In this document: positions 26,294-34,279 of the stretch, piece by piece
How the letters are laid out: the number at the start of each line of letters is the position of its first letter
How positions within the stretch are numbered: the stretch's first letter is position 1
NCBI GenBank assembly: GCA_033812595.1
Contig: JAPXTJ010000002.1
Location: 1-53,945 of the forward strand
From: Thermomicrobiales bacterium
GTDB taxonomy: Bacteria; Chloroflexota; Chloroflexia; Thermomicrobiales; UBA6265
Length of the DNA: 53,945 nt
Direction of reading: 5' to 3'
Made by a program: the position numbers and the translations under genes
Notes under the pieces: model-generated
Databases searched by the model: none
The model's input: only the letters and a program-made list of their open reading frames with translations
Told to the model about the DNA's origin: nothing

Positions 26294-27382
26294 TTAACCC
26301 TCCATCCTGACTTGGGCAGCAGGTTCCCGAGATTCGACTGGAAAGAAGCGGTCCTTCATCCAGAGCGAGAGATAAACCAGCGCGATCAGTACCGGAACTT
26401 CGATGAGCGGACCGACTACCCCGGCCAGCGCCTCACCCGAGCCAAGGCCGAAAAGACCGATCGCAACGGCAATCGCAAGTTCAAAGTTGTTTCCAGCGGC
26501 CGTGAACGAGAGGGAGGTGGTGGTCTCGTAGTTGTATCCGAGCCGCATCGAGATCATGAACGCGAGGCTGAACATGATCACGAAATAGAGGAGAAGCGGA
26601 AGCGCGATGCGCAATACATCGAGCGGCTGATCGAGTACACGATCACCTTGCAATGAAAAGATGAGGGTGATCGTGTAAAGCAATCCGAGCAGCGCCAGCG
26701 GGCTAATCTTCGGTGCGAACACCGTTTCGTACCAATGGTCACCGCGCCGTTTCACAAGCCAGCGTCGCGTCAGAAAGCCAGCCAAAAGAGGAATGCCGAG
26801 GAAGATGGCGACATTCCGCGCTATAGAGATCACCGAAATGTCGACCGCGGTCGATTCCTCACCGAACCAGGCGGGAAACTCACTCAGAAAGAACCAGCCA
26901 AGGATCGAATACATCGCAATCTGGAAGAGAGAATTGAGCGCCACCAGCACAGCAGCGATATCGCCATCCCCGCCAGCGAGCATGTTCCAGATCAACACCA
27001 TGGCAATGCAGCGCGCCAGGCCGATCAGAATCAGGCCGTTGCGATAGGCAGGCTCATCGGGCAGAAAGAGCCACGCGAGTCCCACCATCAGCAGCGGCCC
27101 GAGCAACCAGTTGAAGAGGACGGAAACGCCGAACAACTGGTACTCACTGCGAAATCGCCCGAGTGATCCGTAGCGAACTTTCGCCAGTACCGGATACATC
27201 ATCCAAAAGAGGCCGATCGCAATCGGCAGCGACACGTTCTCGATCTGCACTTGATCGAGCGCATCGCTGAATCCGGGAAATGCTCGCCCTAGCAACGTTC
27301 CCAGTGTCATCGCGGCAACGATCCATACCGGCAGAAATCGGTCAAGCCAGGCAAGACGCGGCCCATCGCTCGCATTCATCAC
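26294..27382 (-). CDS. acr3: ACR3-family arsenite efflux permease
   Basis: LDRFLPVWIVAAM..PIAIGLFWMMYPVLAKVRY.. plus the ~10-TM architecture typical of Acr3. Confidence 0.9.
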   Translation of the reverse strand: MMNASDGPRLAWLDRFLPVWIVAAMTLGTLLGRAFPGFSDALDQVQIENVSLPIAIGLFWMMYPVLAKVRYGSLGRFRSEYQLFGVSVLFNWLLGPLLMVGLAWLFLPDEPAYRNGLILIGLARCIAMVLIWNMLAGGDGDIAAVLVALNSLFQIAMYSILGWFFLSEFPAWFGEESTAVDISVISIARNVAIFLGIPLLAGFLTRRWLVKRRGDHWYETVFAPKISPLALLGLLYTITLIFSLQGDRVLDQPLDVLRIALPLLLYFVIMFSLAFMISMRLGYNYETTTSLSFTAAGNNFELAIAVAIGLFGLGSGEALAGVVGPLIEVPVLIALVYLSLWMKDRFFPVESREPAAQVRMEG

Positions 27383-27481
27383 AGCGGCCCCGGTACAACA
27401 CTCGTGTCTTGCACACTCATAGATCAGCGCTCCTTTGCGGCCGGCATCATAGGGGTTATATTGATGATTGTCAATTCATGG

Positions 27482-27497
27482 ATCGACGATCGTCGAT
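27482..27497. promoter_or_regulatory. Perfect 16-bp palindrome ATCGACGATCGTCGAT in the acr3 / 27521-ORF divergent region
   Basis: Read directly, ~100 nt upstream of the acr3 start. Confidence 0.4.
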
Positions 27498-27520
27498 TGA
27501 TCTATCCCGGGGACGAGACG

Positions 27521-27874
27521 GTGACTGAACCAAATCCTGACGTACCAATCGCCTGCACGCTGGCGACCAAAGCGTTGGCGGAACGCATCATCGAAATGGA
27601 GCGGCGGCTGTTTCGCCAGTCGCAGGGCGTCGAACGGCTGCCGAACGGCATCCGCCACCGCTTTCCTTCATCCCCCGAGACCAAGCAGGAACTCTTCGAT
27701 TTCATCGTGCAGGAGACGTCCTGCTGCGCCTTCTTGACCTTCGGCCTTACCTTCGAGCCGAATCACGGCCCGATCTTGCTCGATATCACCGGCCCGGCCG
27801 AAGCGCTGCCCCTGATCGAGGAAACCTTCGGCGCGGCCAATTCGGACCCCGCGTGCGCGTCAACAAGACTATGA
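27521..27874 (+). CDS. Conserved-hypothetical-type small protein with A-C-T-L and CCAFLTF cysteine motifs
   Basis: PIACTLATKAL...ETSCCAFLTFGLTFEP resembles uncharacterised proteins I recall next to ArsR/MerR regulators in Actinobacteria. GTG 27521 is preferred so that the palindrome stays intergenic; an alternative ATG is at 27464. Confidence 0.5.
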   Translation: MTEPNPDVPIACTLATKALAERIIEMERRLFRQSQGVERLPNGIRHRFPSSPETKQELFDFIVQETSCCAFLTFGLTFEPNHGPILLDITGPAEALPLIEETFGAANSDPACASTRL

Positions 27875-28423
27875 AGGGGTTGCAGGGCGGGCGCGGGCGA
27901 CGGTGCGGGATTTGTACTCGAGGGTTTCGCGGTCGAAATCTCCGCCGCAGGTGATCAGGGTCAGGCGCTCGTCCTCGGTGGCGTCGATAACTTCGAGCAG
28001 GGCGTCGTGACCATTGTCGGCGGTGTTGATGCGACGGACCCACTCGACTTCGTAGGCGTGTTCGCTGCCGTCATCACCGACGACGCTGATCGTATCCCCC
28101 TCTTTCAGGGCGCCGAGGTGAAAGAAGACCGCGCGAGCCACACCCCAATAATCAAGATGGCCCGACATGACGATATTGCCGGCTTCACCGAGGCGACCCG
28201 ATTCCCGGTACCAGCCGACCACGAAGGGACCAGTCGGGTTCTGCATGCGGCCGGAGACGATGCGCGTGCGCTCGACCGGCGCATCGACCTCCGCCTTCGG
28301 GATCAGGATCGCCGCCGGTTGCGGTCCGCGCACGACATCCTGGGCGCCCGCCGGCCGGCCACCAACAAGCGGCGCCAGCAGCGCCGCCCCCAGCAGCGAT
28401 CGTCGTGTCGAGCGAGTCTTCAT
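27869..28423 (-). CDS. Sortase (class E/F-like)
   Basis: VMSGHLDY (catalytic His) and LTLITCGG (catalytic Cys). N-terminal MKTRSTRRSLLGAALLAPLV signal/anchor. Confidence 0.85.
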   Translation of the reverse strand: MKTRSTRRSLLGAALLAPLVGGRPAGAQDVVRGPQPAAILIPKAEVDAPVERTRIVSGRMQNPTGPFVVGWYRESGRLGEAGNIVMSGHLDYWGVARAVFFHLGALKEGDTISVVGDDGSEHAYEVEWVRRINTADNGHDALLEVIDATEDERLTLITCGGDFDRETLEYKSRTVARARPATPS

Positions 28424-28530
28424 CCAGGCGGTACCTCGTCGCGTCTCCGCGATGGCGGATCAATTCGAGCATAGCACCGGGCCATGACCCGGCTGGCCGT
28501 TGGCGTCGCTCCGGCTTCGTTCAGAGTGGG

Positions 28531-29385
28531 TCACTTGCGGAAAACACCAGCGTCCGGGCTGACCGGCTCCGAATCGCGCCAGGAGTGCTTCGCCTGCCAG
28601 CCGATGAGCTCGCGCGCCCGGGCCGTGCTGAACGGGGTCGAGAAACCGGCGATCGGCGCGCGTACCTCGACCTCCGGCGCGTACCGGGCGAGCGCTTCAG
28701 CGGTCGGGATCGTCGCGAGCGTATCCGTGCCAATGACGTTCAACGCCGCGTACCCGGACGGCGGCGCGTCGATCGCGGCCAGGCAGGCGGCGGCCGCGTC
28801 CCGTTCGTCGATGTAGCTCCAGAGGCCGCTGCGGTTCCGCAGGGGATCGGTGGCGAAGCGTTCAGCTTCGGTGCGCGCGTCCTCGCGCGACAGAATCCAG
28901 CCGAAGCGCAATGCGGCGATAGTGGCCCCGCTCCGCCGCGCGAACATCTCGGCCGTCCGCTCGTTGATCACCTTCGAGAGCCCGTACGGATCCTCGACTT
29001 CGAGCGGGTGCGCCTCATCGACCGGCGCGTAGCGCGGCGGATGGGGCGGATTCGCCCAGGCGCCCCCGAGCGCCGAGAGGCTGGACGCGATCACCACCCG
29101 CTCGATGCCGGCCAGTTCCGCCGCGCGGAGCGCGTTGAACGTACCGAGCACGTTGGTGGCGAAGATGACCTCCGGGGCGTGCCGCTCCGGCGACGGAATG
29201 GCGGCGCAGTGAATCACAGCGTCGCAACCGACCACGACGCCGAGCATCTGACCGGGATCGCGGATATCGACCGCACGATCCGCGCCGGTGAGATCGACGC
29301 CGGCGACTTCATCACCGCGCTCACGAATCGCCCGCGTTACCGCCCGTCCGAGTCGTCCCCCGGCTCCGGTCACCAACACCTTCAT
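28531..29385 (-). CDS. NAD-dependent epimerase/dehydratase-family SDR
   Basis: MKVLVTGAGGRLGRAV Rossmann motif; the ATG at 29385 was chosen. Confidence 0.8.
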   Translation of the reverse strand: MKVLVTGAGGRLGRAVTRAIRERGDEVAGVDLTGADRAVDIRDPGQMLGVVVGCDAVIHCAAIPSPERHAPEVIFATNVLGTFNALRAAELAGIERVVIASSLSALGGAWANPPHPPRYAPVDEAHPLEVEDPYGLSKVINERTAEMFARRSGATIAALRFGWILSREDARTEAERFATDPLRNRSGLWSYIDERDAAAACLAAIDAPPSGYAALNVIGTDTLATIPTAEALARYAPEVEVRAPIAGFSTPFSTARARELIGWQAKHSWRDSEPVSPDAGVFRK

Positions 29386-29534
29386 GGTGCGATTACACGC
29401 CATCCCTGGAGCGGCGTCCAGCGGCGGAGCTTGTTGCGCCGTAGCGGCTCTGGTATCCATGAAGCAGTGCGCAATGCCTAAATACTGCGCGCGCCATTTG
29501 GGCGCCGCGACTCAATCGACGGGAGAACACCACC

Positions 29535-30362
29535 ATGCCGCTCGCACTCACCGCCTTCCAGGGCCGCGCGGGTGACCACAACGATCTGGCCATGCCCGGC
29601 GCCGTCTTGCTCGCTCACGCGATCGGCGAGCATCTGGGCCTGGAGCCGACCGTGATCGGCACCACGGAACCGGCGCTGAACACCAATTGGGACATCGAAC
29701 TGGCGGCCGCGATGCCAGGATTGCGCAACCTGCAAACCCGGCTCGATGCGGTGCGCACCGCCGGGCAGACTTCGGTGACTGTGCTAAATCGCTGCGCCGC
29801 CGCGATCGCGACCCTGCCGGTGATCGCGAAGCACCACCCCGACGCCGTTGTTGTCTGGTTCGATGCCCACGCCGACCTGAACACGCCGGAGGCCTCGACC
29901 ACCGGTTATCTGGGCGGATTGGCGATGTCGGGACCGGCCGGTCTGTGGGATTCAGGACTCGGCAGCGGCTGTTCGATCGATCGGCTGGTGCTGGTCGGGC
30001 AACGGGACATCGATCCGTTCGAGCAGGAGTTGATCGATACGGAATCGATCGCGCTCGTACGGCCGGGAGAACGGCTGGCGGAGCGGGTGGTCAAAGCGAT
30101 CGCCGGACGGCCCGTTTACGTGCACATCGATTGCGACGTGCTCGATCCCGGCATCGTCCCGACCGACTACAAGATTCCGAACGGTTTGACCCTCGATGAA
30201 CTCCGGTCCGCGCTCACCGCAATCGCCGGGGGCGACGTGCTTGGCCTGGAAATGACCGAATTCGAGGAACGCTTCACCCCCGATACTCCGCCCGCTACCG
30301 CCGAAGCCCGGTCCCTCGTCGCCGCGCTCGCCCCGCTGCTGGAGGTGCTGCGCGCCCGGTGA
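29535..30362 (+). CDS. Arginase/agmatinase/formiminoglutamase-family ureohydrolase
   Basis: WFDAHADLNTP, GGLAMSG and HIDCDVLDP Mn-ligand motifs. Confidence 0.8.
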   Translation: MPLALTAFQGRAGDHNDLAMPGAVLLAHAIGEHLGLEPTVIGTTEPALNTNWDIELAAAMPGLRNLQTRLDAVRTAGQTSVTVLNRCAAAIATLPVIAKHHPDAVVVWFDAHADLNTPEASTTGYLGGLAMSGPAGLWDSGLGSGCSIDRLVLVGQRDIDPFEQELIDTESIALVRPGERLAERVVKAIAGRPVYVHIDCDVLDPGIVPTDYKIPNGLTLDELRSALTAIAGGDVLGLEMTEFEERFTPDTPPATAEARSLVAALAPLLEVLRAR

Positions 30363-30450
30363 ACCGGCGAACGGGCATCGCGGATTGAACAGTCGCCTGA
30401 TCAACGCCTATGATATCCGAGTGAATTAATCGGATTTCACAAGGCACGTT

Positions 30451-31491
30451 GTGAAAGGCACCCTGTTGGACGATCTCCTTCGAGCCCGGATCGGGCGTCG
30501 TACCCTCCTGGCTGGTTCGGCCGCCGCTTCGCTCGCGATCGTTTCGGGCGTTCACGCCCAGGGCGATGCGCCGGCCAGCCCCGCCGCGGATGGGTGGAGC
30601 TTCACCGACCTGCTCGGCAACACCATCGAACTGCCGGAGCGCCCGGTGCGTATCGCCGCCGCGATCAACACGGCGGGCGCGCTCAATGATTTCGGGATTC
30701 CCCCGACCACCGTGTTCGGCTGGACGGCATCGAATTACCCGGATGGCGATCACGTCGCCTGGGGTTCGCTCGACCCCTCCACCGTCGAGATCGTTTCGGA
30801 CATCGAGGGAAATGTCGATGTCGAAGCGCTGCTGGCAGCCGAGCCGGACCTGATCGTGACCTGGATCTGGAATCGTGATGATCCGGCCACTTCCATGGTC
30901 GGGATTCCGGCAGAGGTTACCGAGGCGATCGAATCGATCGCGCCAATTGTCATCATCAACCAGGGCGATTCGAACGAAATCGAACTCGGGCGAATCATCG
31001 AACTGGCCGTGGCGCTCGGCGCCGATCTGCGGTCCGAGCAGTTGATCGAGGATCGGCACGCGTTCGAGGGTCGCTACGTCGAAGCGAACACCATCGCTGC
31101 CGAGAAATCCGATCTGACCGTCCTTTTCGCGAGTTACAACCCGGGTGAGTTCTACGTCGCATCGCCCGATTACGTCGGCGATCTCGGGTTCGTGCGCACC
31201 CTGGGGTTCAACCTCGCCAATGACGGCTCACCCGAAGCCACCACCTACTGGGAACCGATCAGCGAGGAACAGGCGCTGAAGTACCCGGCCGATGTCATCT
31301 ACATCGATGCCTACGGCGCCTGGACCACCCTCGAGGAGTTGCAGGCGCACCCGACGCTGTCGACGCACCCCGCGGTCGCGGCCGGTCAGGTCGGAATCTG
31401 GAATCGCGATCTGCCGCTGAGCTTCGTCGGGCAGGCCCGATTCATCGAGGAAGTGCTCGCCCCGATTCGGGACGCCGAAAAGGTGAGCTAG
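30451..31491 (+). CDS. ABC-transporter periplasmic binding protein (iron-siderophore/cobalamin-type) with Tat-like signal
   Basis: RIGRRTLLAGSAAASLAIVSG signal. Overall PBP (FecB-like) pattern PERPVRIAA...PDLIVTW. GTG start. Confidence 0.65.
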   Translation: MKGTLLDDLLRARIGRRTLLAGSAAASLAIVSGVHAQGDAPASPAADGWSFTDLLGNTIELPERPVRIAAAINTAGALNDFGIPPTTVFGWTASNYPDGDHVAWGSLDPSTVEIVSDIEGNVDVEALLAAEPDLIVTWIWNRDDPATSMVGIPAEVTEAIESIAPIVIINQGDSNEIELGRIIELAVALGADLRSEQLIEDRHAFEGRYVEANTIAAEKSDLTVLFASYNPGEFYVASPDYVGDLGFVRTLGFNLANDGSPEATTYWEPISEEQALKYPADVIYIDAYGAWTTLEELQAHPTLSTHPAVAAGQVGIWNRDLPLSFVGQARFIEEVLAPIRDAEKVS

Positions 31492-31533
31492 AGCGTCGGC
31501 CCAATTGTTGTCTTCCCTCCATATCAAACAAGT

Positions 31534-31648
31534 CCCGTCATCCTGACCGAAGGGAAGGATTCGACGCGAAGCGACGGTGCAAGAAGGCACCGTGTCCCGA
31601 CGAGAAGCCGCTCCGCGTCGAGTTCTTCGCGCTGCTCAGAATGACGGG
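31534..31648. repeat. 115-nt MITE/REP-like long imperfect hairpin
   Basis: Termini CCCGTCATCCTGA / TCAGAATGACGGG (1 mismatch). Inner arms TCGACGCG / CGCGTCGA. Central hairpin CGGTGC-AAGAAG-GCACCG. A 21-nt core is shared with 42138-42165. Confidence 0.55.
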
Positions 31649-31843
31649 CTCGGGAGGGACACAATCCGATCGGCCTCCGCTTCAGGTTCGCACAACCACG
31701 AAAACGACGGCCGTGCCTCCGGGCGCGGCCGTCGTCATTCATCCCGCCGGTCGCTGGGCGCGTCCGAAAAAGCACCCGGGAACCGCGTCACGAGTCCGGG
31801 TATGCTACCGGTGGTCGTTGGGATGTGATCGGGAGAAAGCGGC

Positions 31844-32821
31844 GTGGAATACGTACGATTCGGGAACTCCGGGGTGAAGGTTTCACGGATGGCGCTCGGG
31901 CTCGGCCTGCGCGGCCAGAAGGATGAAGCCGAAGTCGAGCGGATGATTCGCCGCGCCCTTGATCTGGGCGTCAACCTCTTCGATTGCGCCAACGTCTATG
32001 GTCTCGGCGATACCCGCGGTCACATCGGCAAATCGGAAGAAATCCTCGGCCGGACGCTGAAGAGCGTGCGTGACGAGGTGGTGATCACCTCGAAGGTGAG
32101 TTCGCCGATCGGCGACGGCCCGAACGATCGCGGCGGATCGCGCTACCACATCATGCGCGAGGTCGAGCGTTCGCTGAAGCGGCTCGATACCGATCATATC
32201 GATGTCTACATCCTCCACGTGCACAACGCTGACGTGCCGCTCGACGAGCAATTCCGCGCGCTCGAAAACCTGGTGCAGCAGGGGAAGATTCGCTACGTCG
32301 GGGTGAGCAATTACCAGGCGTGGCAGGTCTGCCGGGCGATCAACATCCAGGATCGCATCAACGCCAGCCAGCTGATCACCGTACAGAATCCCTATAGCCT
32401 GATGGACCGCGAACTCGAACGGGAGATGTTCCCCTTCTGCCGCGCGAGCGGAGTCGGCGTGATGGCCTACTCACCGCTCGGGGTCGGGCTGCTCAGCGGC
32501 GCCTACCGGCCGGGCAGCCCGCCGCCGGCGGGGAAACTCTGGACCGAGCGGGGCGCCGCCAGTCTGCAAGCGGCGCTGAACGGCCAGCCGGGCGACGTGC
32601 TGCGGGTGGCGTTCGAGATCGCCGAGCGGCTCGGGGTGACGGTGGCGCAGCTCGCGCAGCAGTGGGTGATGACCCACCCGGAAGTTTCCGTGGTGGTCAT
32701 GGGCGCGAATACCGCCGAGCAGGTCGATGACAATCTCGGCGCGTTCGCGGTCGAGCTCACCGCCGACGATCTCGCCGCGCTCGATCAGGCCTCGAAGGGG
32801 CTCGAAATCAAGGGGTGGTAA
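31844..32821 (+). CDS. Aldo/keto reductase
   Basis: NLFDCANVYG, ITSKV and IRYVGVSNY AKR motifs. GTG start with GGGAGAAAG upstream. Confidence 0.85.
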   Translation: MEYVRFGNSGVKVSRMALGLGLRGQKDEAEVERMIRRALDLGVNLFDCANVYGLGDTRGHIGKSEEILGRTLKSVRDEVVITSKVSSPIGDGPNDRGGSRYHIMREVERSLKRLDTDHIDVYILHVHNADVPLDEQFRALENLVQQGKIRYVGVSNYQAWQVCRAINIQDRINASQLITVQNPYSLMDRELEREMFPFCRASGVGVMAYSPLGVGLLSGAYRPGSPPPAGKLWTERGAASLQAALNGQPGDVLRVAFEIAERLGVTVAQLAQQWVMTHPEVSVVVMGANTAEQVDDNLGAFAVELTADDLAALDQASKGLEIKGW

Positions 32822-33158
32822 GCGGCCGGTCCCGCAAGCACTCGCACGGCTTCTCGCGGAGCAGGTCGAACTGGCGATCAAGCGAATCGACCCATTCGTC
32901 CTGCACCGCGCTGCCCGTGGCGAGCGCGGCATCGAGCGGACTGGCGTGGCGGTATCCACGCCGCTCCATTTCCTGGACCAGGGCTTCGTGACGCGCGTGG
33001 AGCGCGCGCAATTTTCCTTGCCAGCGTCGCGTTTCCGGGTGGCGGGAATACCCGCTTCGCTGCTGCGTGAGCACCACCCAGATGGCGTGCAATTCGCGGT
33101 GTTCACCGAGCAAATGAACCCGACAGAGGATCGCCGGATCGACATCCCAAATGCGCAT
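32808..33158 (-). CDS. Pyrimidine-dimer DNA glycosylase / endonuclease V-family protein
   Basis: MRIWDVDPAILCRVHLLGEHRELHAIW...GYSRHPETRRWQGKLRALHARHEALVQEMERRGYRHASPL matches the bacterial Pyr_excise-type signature as I recall it. The start lies 4 nt after the regulator stop. Confidence 0.7.
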   Translation of the reverse strand: MRIWDVDPAILCRVHLLGEHRELHAIWVVLTQQRSGYSRHPETRRWQGKLRALHARHEALVQEMERRGYRHASPLDAALATGSAVQDEWVDSLDRQFDLLREKPCECLRDRPLTTP

Positions 33159-33162
33159 GTCG

Positions 33163-34092
33163 TTACCCGGCTCGCACCGTGGGACGCTGCGCCAGCGCTT
33201 CTTCCACGAGGCGCAGCGCCTCGGCGGGGTCGTCATTCGGCACGATCCGGGCACCGTAGCGTTCGATCATGGCCGCCTCGATCGCGGAGAGTTCGCCCCC
33301 GACGATGACCTCGAAGGGGTCATCCAGGTCGCGCAGCGCCGCCAACGCCTCTTCCAGGGCGTCCCGGGCGCTCGTTTGCTTGACCGAGAGGAGTACAACC
33401 GCCGGCGAGCGCATCGCCACCGCTTCGAGAAGAAAGCGGGTCGCCACGTCGGCCCCAAGGAACGACACCCGGATACCGCGCGCGCGCAACAGCCCCACCA
33501 CCATGCGCAGGCCGAGTTCGTGCTTTTCCCCTTCCACGCAGGCAGCCACCACCACCCCGTTTTGCCGCTCCGGCACGGCGTGGCGGCGGGTGAGTTCGGC
33601 GATCAGTTCACGCGAGAGTTCCGACACCTCTTTCTCGCGCGCCACCGGCACGTCTCCCTGTTCCCAGCGATCACCGATCTCGCGCAGGGCGGGCGTAAGC
33701 ACCTCCGTGAAGAGCGTTGCCAGCGGCAGTCCCACCTGATCGGCCCGCGCAATCACCTCCCCCGCCGCCGCCAGATCACCCGAAACCGCGTCATCGACGA
33801 ACTCGGCCGCCAGGGATTCAGCCGCCGGCAACCGGTCGAGTTCAGCCAGGCGTTCGCGGATCTGATCGAGCGTGAGGCGTTCCGCCTGCCAGCGCTTGAT
33901 CCGGATGATGCGATCGATATCGGCCGGAGCGTAGAGCCGGTGCCCCCCTTCGGTACGAGTGGAACGCGCCAATCCCTCCCGCTCCAGAAAGCGGAGGCTG
34001 GAATGACTCACGTCGGGAAAGGCCGCCTGCAGCGCCTTGACGACATCGCCGATCGATTTGAGTTGAGCCTGATTCGACTGGGTTGCGCGCAC
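33163..34092 (-). CDS. carH: MerR-family regulator with cobalamin-binding domain (CarH/LitR-type light sensor)
   Basis: MerR HTH (..SSLRFLEREGL..R.EGGHRLYAPADIDRIIRIKRWQ). B12-binding module with a VEGEKHELGLRMVVGLLRARG (E/D-x-H-x-x-G) motif. GTG start. Confidence 0.8.
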   Translation of the reverse strand: MRATQSNQAQLKSIGDVVKALQAAFPDVSHSSLRFLEREGLARSTRTEGGHRLYAPADIDRIIRIKRWQAERLTLDQIRERLAELDRLPAAESLAAEFVDDAVSGDLAAAGEVIARADQVGLPLATLFTEVLTPALREIGDRWEQGDVPVAREKEVSELSRELIAELTRRHAVPERQNGVVVAACVEGEKHELGLRMVVGLLRARGIRVSFLGADVATRFLLEAVAMRSPAVVLLSVKQTSARDALEEALAALRDLDDPFEVIVGGELSAIEAAMIERYGARIVPNDDPAEALRLVEEALAQRPTVRAG

Positions 34093-34101
34093 GGGTCACC
34101 T

Positions 34102-34122
34102 ACCTGAACCTGCAGTTCAGGT
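34102..34122. promoter_or_regulatory. Inverted repeat ACCTGAAC-CTGCA-GTTCAGGT abutting the carH ribosome-binding region
   Basis: 8-bp arms read directly, 10 nt upstream of the carH GTG. Confidence 0.35.
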
Positions 34123-34181
34123 TCTTTTATCACGTTCCCGCGCGCAATGCTACTCCCTCCTCACGATGCCCCATTCGCGAA

Positions 34182-34228
34182 CCCGTTGACAAATCTAAAT
34201 CTGTACTTTAGATTCATGTATCAACGGG
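34182..34228 (+). promoter_or_regulatory. Sigma-70-like promoter TTGACA-17-TAGATT overlapped by nested inverted repeats (candidate CarH operator)
   Basis: TTGACA at 34186-34191, TAGATT at 34209-34214. Inner IR AATCTAAA/TTTAGATT (34192-34199 / 34207-34214). Outer IR CCCGTTGA/TCAACGGG (34182-34189 / 34221-34228). Confidence 0.5.
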
Positions 34229-34279
34229 GACGGCGAGGGCGCCGCACCCAGACAGTCACCACGGAGAGGAGATCGTTCC

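Noticed and set aside
30363-30450. Cobalamin or other riboswitch upstream of the siderophore/B12-type binding-protein gene.
   Set aside because: The leader is only ~88 nt, and I see no B12-box-like or other conserved riboswitch core.
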